Positions 24,795-37,358 of a stretch of 39,921 nt of DNA are shown here, piece by piece (position 1 is the stretch's first letter; every line of letters starts with the position of its first letter). The position numbers and the translations under genes are program-made. Source of the DNA: Octopus bimaculoides. Lineage: Eukaryota. Under the pieces are notes generated by a model, which worked only from the letters and a program-made list of their open reading frames with translations, ran no database searches and was not told the DNA's origin. The DNA lies in contig NC_068995.1 of assembly GCF_001194135.2 (NCBI RefSeq), forward strand, positions 42,026,425 to 42,066,345, written 5' to 3'.

Positions 24795-25459
24795 AATATA
24801 GCTTGCTGTTTTAGGTATATATATATATACCTTGTTGTTTCAGATCCCGTTTTTCTTGAAAATAGGGACCTGATCAAATTAAGGAATATATTCTTCCTGA
24901 TATACCCAGTTTCCACCATATCTACCCTTTCTGTCTTGACATTCTTTCTATCCGGATTAAGGTTTCTGTTTATTATCAGAGTTTTCCCCCTCCCCCTTTT
25001 CTTTTATAATTCAAAGAATGAAGTTTCAGCTTGTGTTACCTTTGTGGCCCCTTTACCTCTCCATCTCATTGCCGGTCGGTGAGATTGATAAGACGAATGT
25101 GAACTTCGAGAGACCACAGGTCGACGTTTTAAGAGAAAATAGCCGTGGGAACGGAAGGATTTTATTCCAGAAGGTAAACAGGTCTGGGTTAGCGTGCCGG
25201 GGTTGAGGTGGCGGTCGATTCACAGTTGAAGAGGAAGGAAGATAGGCCTTTTTTTCAGATGGGCCGAGTTGAAGGCCACTGCGCAACAGTCAATTTTACA
25301 ATGAAAGTCCTACTTCCCACAACAGGTGGAGAGCTCCTTCAGCGTTCGATGTTTACCCATAATTCATTGCCTGTAACGGTCTGTTGCCAGAAATTTAGCC
25401 CAGATTTCCGGTTTTTGAGTAACTTCGTCTCTCTCCCTTCCACTTACCCATCGGACACC

Positions 25460-27478
25460 AAAATTACTGGTGATAAAACTGGTGATTGATGATGATGACG
25501 ATGCTGACGATGCTGCTGTTGATGTTGATGATGATGTTGATGATGAAGACTATGATGGAGGTTGTGATAATGGTACTGATGATGGCGATGATGATGATGA
25601 TGCACAGGAATTTCGTCGAATATGCACGAAGATTTATAGAGTGGTGGTTGTGGGTAGGGTGTTTCTGCAGGCGAAATATAAACGTGTGGCGGCGGCCATC
25701 TTGTTATTTCGCTGACGACATTGAGTGTATAAGGGGGGGAAAAGGAGTGTTTTACCCGGTGGGAGCCGAACCAGTGTTGAATGTGCAGGGTTAGGTAGGT
25801 GGTGGTGGTGGTGGTGGTGGTGATGGCGATAGTGGTGGTGGTGGTCGAAGCGAGGATGGTGGTGTTGGCGAGGGTGAAGATGGTGGTGATGGCGATTGTG
25901 GTGGTAGTGGCGAGGGTGGAGATGGCAATTGTGGTGGTGGTGATGGTGATAGTGGTGATGGTGATAGTGGTGGTGGTCATAGCGAGGATGGTGGAGGTGG
26001 TGGCGACGAGGGTCGTGGTGGCGGGTGGTGATGGCGATATTGGTGGCGGTGAGGGTGGTGGTAGTGGAAGTGACGTTGATGGTAATGGTGACGGTGGAGG
26101 TGGTGGTGGTGGTAATGGTATTAACGATGACGGCGGTGGTGTCGGCGGTGGTGATGGCGGTGTGAATGGTGGTGCTGACTGTGGGAGCCGATGATGATTG
26201 CAACATTTTTCATTAAGCTAATGGAGTTGCCTTTCTTTTTTTATTTTATTTCATGTTTGGTGAGATATTGTTGTTGTTGTTATTATTTGTAGCTGTGGTT
26301 GTGGTGGGAGTAGTGGTTATTGTTGTTATCGCCGTTGTTCTAGTGATGGTAAGGTGGTGGTAGTTGAAGTGGTGGTGTTGGTGGTAGTATGGTGATAGGG
26401 AGGTTGGCGGTTGTGATGTGGGGTTTTTGCTGTCCTCGATATATAGCAATATCTATAATAATGCTAGTAGTAGTATTGGTGGTGGTTGTGGTGATAGTAG
26501 TAGTGGTGGTGGTAGTAGTAATGGAGGTGGTGGTGGTAGTGATAGTAGATGTAGGAGTATTGGTAGTAATAGTGGTGGTGATGGTGGTAGTAGTAGTAGT
26601 AGTAGCAGTAGTAGTNNNNNNNNNNNNNNNNNNNNNNNNNNNNNNNNNNNNNNNNNNNNNNNNNNNNNNNNNNNNNNNNNNNNNNNNNNNNNNNNNNNNN
26701 NNNNNNNNNNNNNNNNNNNNNNNNNNNNNNNNNNNNNNNNNNNNNNNNNNNNNNNNNNNNNNNNNGTGATAGTAGTGGTGGTAGTGGTGGTGGTGGTTGC
26801 TATTGTTATTACTGCTGCTCCTAGTCTTCCTCTGCTGCGTTTGCAGTTGACTGGAGATATATATATATTAATGTTGCTGTTGCTACAACTGCTGCTGCTG
26901 CTGTTACTGATGATGATGATGCTGCTGATGATGATGCTGCTGATGATGATATTACAGATGATGATGATGAGGATGATGTTACTGATGATGGTGGTGGTGG
27001 TGGTGGTGGTTATGGTGATACTGGGGTGTGAGAAGAGGCAGTTAAAAAGGGTGTAGTTGTGGGTGAAGTGGGGGGTAGGTGGTGGTGGTGGAGGAGGTGG
27101 TAACGACAGTGGTGGTGGTGGTGGTGGTGGTGAGAGGACCTCGAAATCATTGAAGCGTAAAGCTGCTGCTTATGTTGCTGTCGTGACAGCAACGCCACCA
27201 ACAGCAGCAGCAGCAGCAAATAAGAATAATGGTGGCGTGGATCAACCATCATAATCATCGTCGTCGTCGTCGTCGTCGTCATCATCATCGTCGTCATCAT
27301 CATCGTCGGCAGCAGCAGCAGCAGCACGACGATGAAGCAAGGCAAGCTAGATAGAAACAGTGATTCTGATGTCAACGAATACAGTAGCAATGATGATGAT
27401 GATGATGATGATGACGACGTCGGCAATCACAACCATGACGACCATGACACTATAGTGCACGCACGCGCGCGCGAAAGA

Positions 27479-27509
<31 letters not shown>

Positions 27510-27570
27510 GTAGTGATCGTGATGTCCACCATGTTGATGTTATTGGCAAGATGTCAACACTGAACCATGA
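25460..27570. repeat. Mosaic trinucleotide low-complexity domain (GGT/GAT/AGT/GCT/GTC), G-rich on the plus strand
   Basis: Directly visible; it produces spurious poly-V/G/D/T/H ORFs and contains gap 26616-26765. Confidence 0.9.
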
Positions 27571-28168
27571 GAGATAAACTCAAAAAACAACACCATCAAC
27601 TAATTAAATTGCGGTGACTGGTTTCTGAAGGAAGATTGGGGGGGNNNNNNNNNNNNNNNNNNNNNNNNNNNNNNNNNNNNNNNNNNNNNNNNNNNNNNNN
27701 NNNNNNNNNNNNNNNNNNNNNNNNNNNNNNNNNNNNNNNNNNNNNNNNNNNNNNNNNNNNNNNNNNNNNNNNNNNNNNNNNNNNNNNNNNNNNNNNNNNN
27801 NNNNNNNNNNNNNNNNNNNNNNNNNNNNNNNNNNNNNNNNNNNNNNNNNNNNNNNNNNNNNNNNNNNNNNNNNNNNNNNNNNNNNNNNNNNNNNNNNNNN
27901 NNNNNNNNNNNNNNNNNNNNNNNNNNNNNNNNNNNNNNNNNNNNNNNNNNNNNNNNNNNNNNNNNNNNNNNNNNNNNNNNNNNNNNNNNNNNNNNNNNNN
28001 NNNNNNNNNNNNNNNNNNNNNNNNNNNNNNNNNNNNNNNNNNNNNNNNNNNNNNNNNNNNNNNNNNNNNNNNNNNNNNNNNNNNNNNNNNNNNNNNNNNN
28101 NNNNNNNNNNNNNNNNNNNNNNNNNNNNNNNNNNNNNNNNNNNNNNNNNNNNNNNNNNNNNNNNNNNN

Positions 28169-28204
<36 letters not shown>

Positions 28205-29082
28205 TTAATATTTCTAAGTCTCTCTAAAGGAGACTACGGCAGCGGTACTGGAAATTAATAGTTATCGCCAAGCCAACATGGCAGTCGCAAAGTTAGGACG
28301 AAAGCTGCCGTGAATTAGCTCCAAGAAGCCATCGCCTCTAGCTAGCTATGTGACAATATGGCGGGCCTCACGAATTATCAAATTCACAGAAGAAGGATTA
28401 TACTCGAACCAAGGTGTATGGTACCGCACAGTGGGACTAAACCTGAAACCACGTGGGTGTGAATACATATATATACTTGTGCATATATGTATTCAGTTAT
28501 TTTTAAAAAGCGCGCGCGCGTGTTAGTAAGATATAAGCACTAGCTGTTAGGTTGACAGAAACATCTGTACATTGAGATATGTGCGTGTACACGCACACAT
28601 GCAATTCACACACATACACGCAGATACACACAAAATATACATATACACACGCAGACACACATAAAATACACATACACACGAGTTGACTTTGTTTTCTGTC
28701 TAATAGTTCATCTGCTAATGTATTATAAGCTAAAATTAATATCTATATACAAATGTCTGCAATTTTTGTATGTGTTGTATATGCGTGTATATATATATTC
28801 ACACGCACATGCACACACACACACACACATACGCACACACATGTATGTATAGCACATGTGTAAAAAACTACATATATATATATATATATATATATGCTTA
28901 TCTCTCTTTTTTTCTTTTTCTCTTTCTCTCTCTCTCTCTCTCTGTATATTCATATATACATACAGAAAATATTATCAATCGAGTATGTTTGTATCTGATA
29001 GATACAAATTCAGGCGCTCCACCTCACACATGTATGTATAGTATACACACATACATACACAAACACACACACACACACACTC

Positions 29083-29125
<43 letters not shown>

Positions 29126-29752
29126 TGTACATATATACATACAGAACATATTATCAATTATGTATGTTTGTGTGTGTATGCACATATCAAATGGATACAC
29201 ACACACACAAACACACAAGCATATGCGTCGCTGCATATATATATATAGAGAGAATAGCTGCATACGATAATGTTGAACCAGGAGCGCTCCTTGAAGATCA
29301 CGCTAACACACCTCCGCCCCACCCCCACCTTGCACCGCCTCCTCCATCATCATACGCTTTTGACTTTGAACCATGGAAACCCACTTTTATATGCAGATCC
29401 CTAAGGCCCACACATGGTGACAATTATGTGATGTGTGACGAGTTTGACTACACTAACCCCACAAGGGGCCGTCATCAGATCGAATTGTGTTCGGTCGAGC
29501 AGAACACGCCGTTCTTCTCTCTCTCAGATTGCAAAGATATGCTCAACTTGGAGGGGGGGGGTGTTCGAGGTAAGACGGGGGTGAGGGTGAAGTGTCTGTG
29601 AGATTAATAGTGAGAATGATGCGCATGTGCGACTACATTATATATGTACGCGCGTGCGAGTGTACGCGCCTGCGAGTGTATCTGTCTGTGCGCTGGTCTG
29701 TGCGGTCAAGTGTGGTGTGTATGTGTCATATATATATATATATATATATATA

Positions 29753-30468
29753 NNNNNNNNNNNNNNNNNNNNNNNNNNNNNNNNNNNNNNNNNNNNNNNN
29801 NNNNNNNNNNNNNNNNNNNNNNNNNNNNNNNNNNNNNNNNNNNNNNNNNNNNNNNNNNNNNNNNNNNNNNNNNNNNNNNNNNNNNNNNNNNNNNNNNNNN
29901 NNNNNNNNNNNNNNNNNNNNNNNNNNNNNNNNNNNNNNNNNNNNNNNNNNNNNNNNNNNNNNNNNNNNNNNNNNNNNNNNNNNNNNNNNNNNNNNNNNNN
30001 NNNNNNNNNNNNNNNNNNNNNNNNNNNNNNNNNNNNNNNNNNNNNNNNNNNNNNNNNNNNNNNNNNNNNNNNNNNNNNNNNNNNNNNNNNNNNNNNNNNN
30101 NNNNNNNNNNNNNNNNNNNNNNNNNNNNNNNNNNNNNNNNNNNNNNNNNNNNNNNNNNNNNNNNNNNNNNNNNNNNNNNNNNNNNNNNNNNNNNNNNNNN
30201 NNNNNNNNNNNNNNNNNNNNNNNNNNNNNNNNNNNNNNNNNNNNNNNNNNNNNNNNNNNNNNNNNNNNNNNNNNNNNNNNNNNNNNNNNNNNNNNNNNNN
30301 NNNNNNNNNNNNNNNNNNNNNNNNNNNNNNNNNNNNNNNNNNNNNNNNNNNNNNNNNNNNNNNNNNNNNNNNNNNNNNNNNNNNNNNNNNNNNNNNNNNN
30401 NNNNNNNNNNNNNNNNNNNNNNNNNNNNNNNNNNNNNNNNNNNNNNNNNNNNNNNNNNNNNNNNNNNN
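29753..30468. other. Assembly gap (largest of nine: 7429-7528, 12901-12987, 14289-14380, 24000-24009, 26616-26765, 27645-28168, 29753-30468, 34872-35540, 37951-38257)
   Basis: Runs of N, mostly flanked by microsatellites. Confidence 0.99.
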
Positions 30469-30536
30469 ATAGCCTCGGGCGGAACAAAGCCTTGTGAGTG
30501 GATTTGGTAGACGGAAACTGAAAGAACCCCGTCGTA

Positions 30537-30580
<44 letters not shown>

Positions 30581-30802
30581 CGTGTATATGTTTGTGTGCC
30601 TGTGTTTGTCCCCCACCAACATCGCTTGACAATCGATGGTGGTGTATTTACGTCCCCGTAACTTAGCGGTTCGGCAAAATAGATCGATAGAATAAGTACT
30701 AGGCTTACAAAGAATAAGTACTGGGGTCGATTTACTCGACTAAAGGCAGTGCTCCAGCATGGCCGGAGTCAAATGACTGAAACAAGTAAAGGAGTAAAAG
30801 AG
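30469..30802 (+). mobile_element. SINE family A, body and complete tail (head lost in the gap)
   Basis: agcctcgggc...gatttggtagacggaaactgaaag...(TA)n...gtgctccagcatggccggagtcaaatgactgaaacaagtaaa. Confidence 0.88.
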
Positions 30803-31046
30803 TATATATATATTATATTATATATATATATTATACTTACATATAATATATATATATTTATATAATTTATAATATATATATGTATATGATATATATACCA
30901 TACATATATCTTTTATATATCTTATACATATATTATATATACATATATATATTATATATACATATATATATATTATATATATATAATCTTTTATATACAT
31001 ACATACATGTATATATATATATACATATATATATAATCTTTTATAT

Positions 31047-31118
<72 letters not shown>

Positions 31119-31269
31119 GTATATGTTTGTGTGTGTGAGTGTGTACAAGCACACACGCAAATTACACACATATATTTCTGTACAACCGTGCAGTAAATAA
31201 TAAAAACAACAACCAAAATACAAACAACATATAAAACAATATAGAAAAGAAGACGGAGTTGATAGTCAC

Positions 31270-31556
31270 CTTTTCCTGTTGTTGTTGCATTTGCTTCATT
31301 AGTAAATTCTTTTTTTTATCTTTACATCGCTTGTTCTGGAACCAAACGCGTATAACCCGGGGACTGAGGCCAGTCATTTCGACTAGTTGTTCCTTCATTA
31401 GAGCGTCCGGCCGTGGGTTGGCATTGTAACAGGTGCGCAGTGTGTGGAGTTGCTTTTCGTTTAGGACTGTTCGAACGCGTGTAGTTTTCTGCTCTGTCTT
31501 GTGAACATGTGGTCGCATTCCACCGGTTCTGTTGCTTGACATCTGTTCGGCTCGTC
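31270..31556 (-). CDS. isl: Islet LIM-homeobox gene, homeodomain exon
   Basis: Encodes [82 protein letters not shown], near-identical to the vertebrate ISL1 homeodomain. Acceptor tacAG (31558-31557) is phase 1 and matches the upstream exon; donor AAG|GTGACT at 31269 is phase 0. The exact 5' boundary could instead be 31550 (see findings). Confidence 0.96.
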
Positions 31557-31726
31557 CTGTACATATATATATATATATTTATATTCATATTTACATTTAA
31601 GTATGTAGATATGTATGTGTGTGTGTGTGTATGCACAGAATTCTAAAAATATAAAAAAAATACAAAGACAAAAGACCAACAAAGAAATAGGTTCACGCTC
31701 AGGGAAAATGACCGGAATATGTGTAT

Positions 31727-31763
<37 letters not shown>

Positions 31764-32030
31764 TGTATGTACATATATATATAAATATCATTATTATTTA
31801 AGAGGCATAATATGTTTATGTGATACGAGTATGCCAAATTGTTTTTTTTAACACGTCTGGTGTCCTAGCATCATCAACAGATGTGTTAAAAACATTGCTT
31901 GGCATGCTCTCAGCACATGAAACTAATAGTAGCACATAAATACATATACTGTGCTTATTAAATAATATTTATATCTCACCGGATGGAATACATTTTTGTC
32001 GATCTTATCACCATGGAACAGTACACCACA

Positions 32031-32254
32031 CGCTAGAAATAGACGCCAATACCACCTTAAAACTCCGAAAAATAAATCATGGGCTGTAGTCGAGCAAAAG
32101 AAAGATAGTGATTTAAACTTTTGGTTAAACGTGTACAAGTTCCCTTTTCAAGCTTAAAATAAAATAAAAAAATTATTCCTACTTCTATCTTCAGTTTTAT
32201 TTTTTATCGGAGTTTTAAGGTGGTACTAGCATCTTTTGGCGTCTATTTCTAGCG
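32031..32254. mobile_element. MITE-like inverted-repeat element
   Basis: CGCTAGAAATAGACGCCAA (32031-32049) pairs with 32236-32254, and TACCACCTTAAAACTCCGA (32050-32068) pairs with 32207-32225. The spacer is an AT-rich 138 bp; no target-site duplication was recognised. Confidence 0.6.
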
Positions 32255-32328
32255 CGCGGAGAAGCTTATAGCCAATCCCTCGTTATAATTATATATATTA
32301 TAATTATTATTATAATATATATATATAT

Positions 32329-32366
<38 letters not shown>

Positions 32367-33940
32367 TTGCTGTACACATATATGTACGTTAATAATCACA
32401 CACACATGCACACATCTCTGTGTATGCACACGCGCACGCACGAGTGCTTGCCTATACTTGTGCGGCTGTGTGTGTGGGCGCGCGTGTGTTTTCAGGATAA
32501 AAAATGCTTGCTTTTAAATACCAATGAAAACAGTAAATAGGACAATTAGAAGAGAATCGTTAAAAACATTAGACAAATGAATTACAGAATTGGTTTCGTC
32601 TCTTTACGTCTCGATTTAAAACCACCACCGTTGTCTATTTGCTTTTATCCATCAGGAGTCTATAACATCACGTACCAGTAAAGTACTGGGGTCGACTTAA
32701 TCAGCTCACCCTTTCAATGTTCAGATTTCTGGCATTGTTCTCATGTTTTAGAATCAATTATTGCTATTTTGTCATTATGTAATTTTTAGTGTTACTTTGG
32801 GACGTATGAAATAGTTGGTATAAATCTAATAAACTCCACATTCACCACACACACACACATACACACAAGTACACAAAGGGGCTCACATGCACACTTATTT
32901 TATATTCTCTTAGTGTTTTACTAACTTCGGTCACTAACCGACTGTGGCCATGCTGGGGCACGCCCTTCAATATCATAGAATGACCACACTATCTGACTGT
33001 AATATTTCCGACCTGAACCACTAAAACGGCGTCTATATGGTTACTCATCCTGCTAAAAATAGCATATAGATTTCTTTCATATGACACCCTTATTGCCTTA
33101 AAAATCATTGTGTATCGAACAATTTAGTTTCAAATGTACCATGTTTGACAATCTGTCGGGATGGTCACGGTGGAAGATTTTTCACCATAGGTCATGGATT
33201 TAATAAAGCACTTATTATTTTTTTTGTTATTTAATTTTATCTTGGAACTATATTACGAATGGACTTAAACTCTCTTTACCATACTTGCTCAATGCAAAGT
33301 TGTCGTGGCCCAGGTTCTGCCAAGAAATTTCAAGTCTCAAGGAAAATTGAGTTGAAACCATTCTCCAAAGTGGGATGGAATTGCAACTTTAAACATCTTC
33401 TGCTGGGGTGACAACCTCAACTATCTACTTGTTAATGGGTTGATCTGGAGTTAAACAAGATCAATAAGATATATTAGTAACAATATTGATTTTCTAACCT
33501 GTACACAATACCCATTAATTGTGTTGGTGGTGGGGAATAATCACTCGAATAAATGGATTCCTTGTACTTGAAATCTGTGCGACTTCTATTTCCTCGTACT
33601 TGAACTCGTATGCGGCCCCTACTTATATTAATAATCTCTACTTAAACTGGTAATTGTATTTGTGGCCCTTACATGAAATAATGATTATTTTATCGACCCA
33701 CTGAATGAACTGATACTTATAATAGTGGCCTAAAGACTCCTTCATTTACTGGTGAGTGACCCCCTAATTGAACGCATTACCGATTCTTGTTTGGACTGGT
33801 ACTCAGTTTAGCGACGACTGATGCATGTGAATCAGAGCAGAGCTAGGCTGGAGCCGAAATTAGGATTGAAAAGAACGCAACAAAAACCCGGAAGTTATTT
33901 TTTCCGATACTCTATTGATTCTGCTAATCCATACTGCCCT

Positions 33941-33981
<41 letters not shown>

Positions 33982-34060
33982 TAGTAAGGAAAACACTCGG
34001 CGAGAAATGGAAGAAAATTTGAAGAAAGAAGAAAAAAAAAATCAACATAATAATAATAAT

Positions 34061-34281
34061 ATTAATCCTTTCTACTATAGGCACAAAGCCTGAAATTTGG
34101 GGGAGGGGAGGGGAGGGGAAGGGGACAGCCGATTACACTGACCCCAGTACTTGACTGGCTCTCAATTTATCGACCCTGAAAGGACGAAAGGCAAAGTCGA
34201 CCTCGGCCGAATTCGAACTCACAACCTAAAGACGGACGAAATGACGATAAGTATTTCGCCCGACCGGCTAACGGTTCTGCA
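34061..34281 (-). mobile_element. SINE family B copy about 160 bp 3' of the LIM2 exon donor
   Basis: cctttctactataggcacaaagcctgaaattt...gaccccagtac...tttatcgaccctgaaaggacgaaaggcaaagtcgacctcggccgaattcgaactc. Confidence 0.82.
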
Positions 34282-34440
34282 AATAATAATAATAAGAAGA
34301 ATACAAAGTGCAATAATCTATGGTGGTGTTTAACTTTTTGCTCAATTTGATTTCTTTTGAACCAACAATCTTCCATTTTCTTTTAATCTTTCATAAAATA
34401 ATCAATGGCAATCATTCACTGATTTCAACTTTATTCTTAC

Positions 34441-34781
34441 CAGCCATCTGTAGTCCCTGACCCATTCGTCCTTCTCCGCTACTGTTAGAACTCCCATTGG
34501 AATGCAAGTTATTGTTGCTTGTAGTTGTGTTGCCATTGGCATCTGTTACACCACCTGAATTTCCGTTTTGGTTCACGGAAGATGCTCTCTCGACAACATC
34601 GTGATCCGACTTGCAGAAAAGTCCGTCTTCCCTCAGTGCAAACTCATCTCCTGGAATCAGCTGACGGCTGCATGCAACGCACCGAAAACAGTCAATATGG
34701 TAGATTTTACTTTTGGCACGCATTACAAAATCGTTCCGACTAAACCCAAGACCACATTTGGCACATTTTGTACCAAATAAC
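34441..34781 (-). CDS. isl: Islet LIM-homeobox gene, exon encoding the second LIM domain plus an N/S/G/T-rich linker
   Basis: Translates (R)[66 protein letters not shown]...GLQMA, a typical Islet LIM2 with C-C-H-C-C-C-C-H ligand spacing. Acceptor is ctttttcAG (34783-34782) after a pyrimidine tract; donor is G|GTAAG at 34440. Length 341 nt, phase 2 in and phase 1 out. Confidence 0.95.
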
Positions 34782-35540
34782 CTGAAAAAGAGAGAAAAAG
34801 AAAAAAAATGTAATATACCAAAATATATAAAAATTCCAAAACAAGTGTGTGTGTGTGTGTGTGTGTGTGTGNNNNNNNNNNNNNNNNNNNNNNNNNNNNN
34901 NNNNNNNNNNNNNNNNNNNNNNNNNNNNNNNNNNNNNNNNNNNNNNNNNNNNNNNNNNNNNNNNNNNNNNNNNNNNNNNNNNNNNNNNNNNNNNNNNNNN
35001 NNNNNNNNNNNNNNNNNNNNNNNNNNNNNNNNNNNNNNNNNNNNNNNNNNNNNNNNNNNNNNNNNNNNNNNNNNNNNNNNNNNNNNNNNNNNNNNNNNNN
35101 NNNNNNNNNNNNNNNNNNNNNNNNNNNNNNNNNNNNNNNNNNNNNNNNNNNNNNNNNNNNNNNNNNNNNNNNNNNNNNNNNNNNNNNNNNNNNNNNNNNN
35201 NNNNNNNNNNNNNNNNNNNNNNNNNNNNNNNNNNNNNNNNNNNNNNNNNNNNNNNNNNNNNNNNNNNNNNNNNNNNNNNNNNNNNNNNNNNNNNNNNNNN
35301 NNNNNNNNNNNNNNNNNNNNNNNNNNNNNNNNNNNNNNNNNNNNNNNNNNNNNNNNNNNNNNNNNNNNNNNNNNNNNNNNNNNNNNNNNNNNNNNNNNNN
35401 NNNNNNNNNNNNNNNNNNNNNNNNNNNNNNNNNNNNNNNNNNNNNNNNNNNNNNNNNNNNNNNNNNNNNNNNNNNNNNNNNNNNNNNNNNNNNNNNNNNN
35501 NNNNNNNNNNNNNNNNNNNNNNNNNNNNNNNNNNNNNNNN

Positions 35541-35780
35541 TATATATATATATATATAGATGATAGACACTGATACATAGATAGATAGTCACTGATACAT
35601 AGATAGATGGATAGACCTGAGAGATAGATAGATAGGCACTGATAGATTGATAGACAGACATTGACAGCTAGATAGATAGAATGATAGACAGACACTGACA
35701 GGTAGATAGACACACACACAGACAGATACATAGACAGATAGACAGAAGCGTGAAGCTGTCAGATAGATAGATAAAGTCAC
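35541..35780. repeat. (TA)n followed by degenerate (GATA)/(GACA) tetranucleotide repeats
   Basis: Directly visible. Confidence 0.8.
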
Positions 35781-35959
35781 AATGCATGACATACGTGTTG
35801 ATGCTTAAATCAGCCCTTTTGAACCCTCAAGAAAGCCGTTTCAGCCACGAGCATCCCATTTCTTAGGTGAGACAACATCAATCTCCGCCTACACTAACCT
35901 ATATCGAGCAAATGTTCTTCTCTGTATAAAGAGAGTAGGATATGATTTCAAGGAGCGCT

Positions 35960-36410
35960 GGCTGTTATTTCTTGCAGGTTAAGTAACCACGTAGAGAAAA
36001 TTCCATGTGCTTTGCAGTGGTGGCTGTATTGGTGTTGGTGTTTGCAATAGTGGTGAGCTGAGAAGAGGTTTTGATCATAGTAGTAGAGAGAAAGAGCGGT
36101 AGTTACGCTCGAAGGATAGCGTTGGTATAGGTGCTCTTGGCAATGAATTAGTGCCGTCGGCGGCGGTGGTGGTGGTGGTGTCGGTGGTGGTGTAACGGTA
36201 ATGGTGAATGTAACAGCGCGGGAATGATCTTCACGGTGTTTGTACAACAGAAGAGTGGAGTTAGAAGTGACAGTTGTGGTGAGCGGCAACGAAATGATAT
36301 ACTAGTAATGATAGTAAAGGCGGTAGTAATGATAATGGTGGTGGTGGTGGTGGTGTTCCTCGGCGTCATAATGTTGGTGTTAACAACAATAATAATGTTC
36401 GTTTAGTATA
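35960..36410. repeat. Smaller GGT/GAT-type low-complexity tract
   Basis: Degenerate ggtggt/agtagt/gataat triplets. Confidence 0.6.
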
Positions 36411-36597
36411 ATGTCAGCCATATTTCTGTTTATTGATGTCATAAATTAAATAGTATTAGAGATGTAGACATGTTTGGAGAACGGCAATTATCACCGTACA
36501 TGTGGGTTAGCCTGTGTTTGTTGGGTGTGTCTTGGTCTGGGAGGTCGCGTCTATGTGTGTGCACATGTATGTGTGCATATATATATATATATGTGTA

Positions 36598-36666
<69 letters not shown>

Positions 36667-36859
36667 ATGTATGCATGTATATATATATAAATGTAAGTAT
36701 ACAAATATAAATCTTTCTCTCCATGTATACATGCATATACATATATACACATACATATACATACATATGTAGAGGAAGAGACAGAGAGACTTATATATGC
36801 CTTGTAATATATATCTAAATACACACAGACATATGTACACGTGTATTCATATACATGTA

Positions 36860-36914
<55 letters not shown>

Positions 36915-37324
36915 GCATACATATGTACATATACACACACATATGTATTTACATATATTAAGCATGTATTGTGTTGTGTATATATATGTGTGTATATGTG
37001 TGTTAATAATGCGCACAAGTATGTACGTATGTGTGTATGTATGTATGTATGTATGTATGTATTGAAGCATGTATGTGCACATATTGCAATGGATTTGGAG
37101 GGTGAGGGTGATGGTATAGATTTGAAGTGTAAATTGACACCCATGGGGCGATACCGAAGGCAGGAGGGAGTGAGATGAGTGGAGTGAGATAGAGAGAGGG
37201 AGAGAGAGAGAATAAGTTAGCAGGAAGAATAGGAGCTGTAGGAAGGCGTCCAGGTAGAAAAAAAAACGATATGGGCGACTAGCTTAGCAAAAACGAAACC
37301 CGATACGACTACATATACATATAA

Positions 37325-37358
<34 letters not shown>

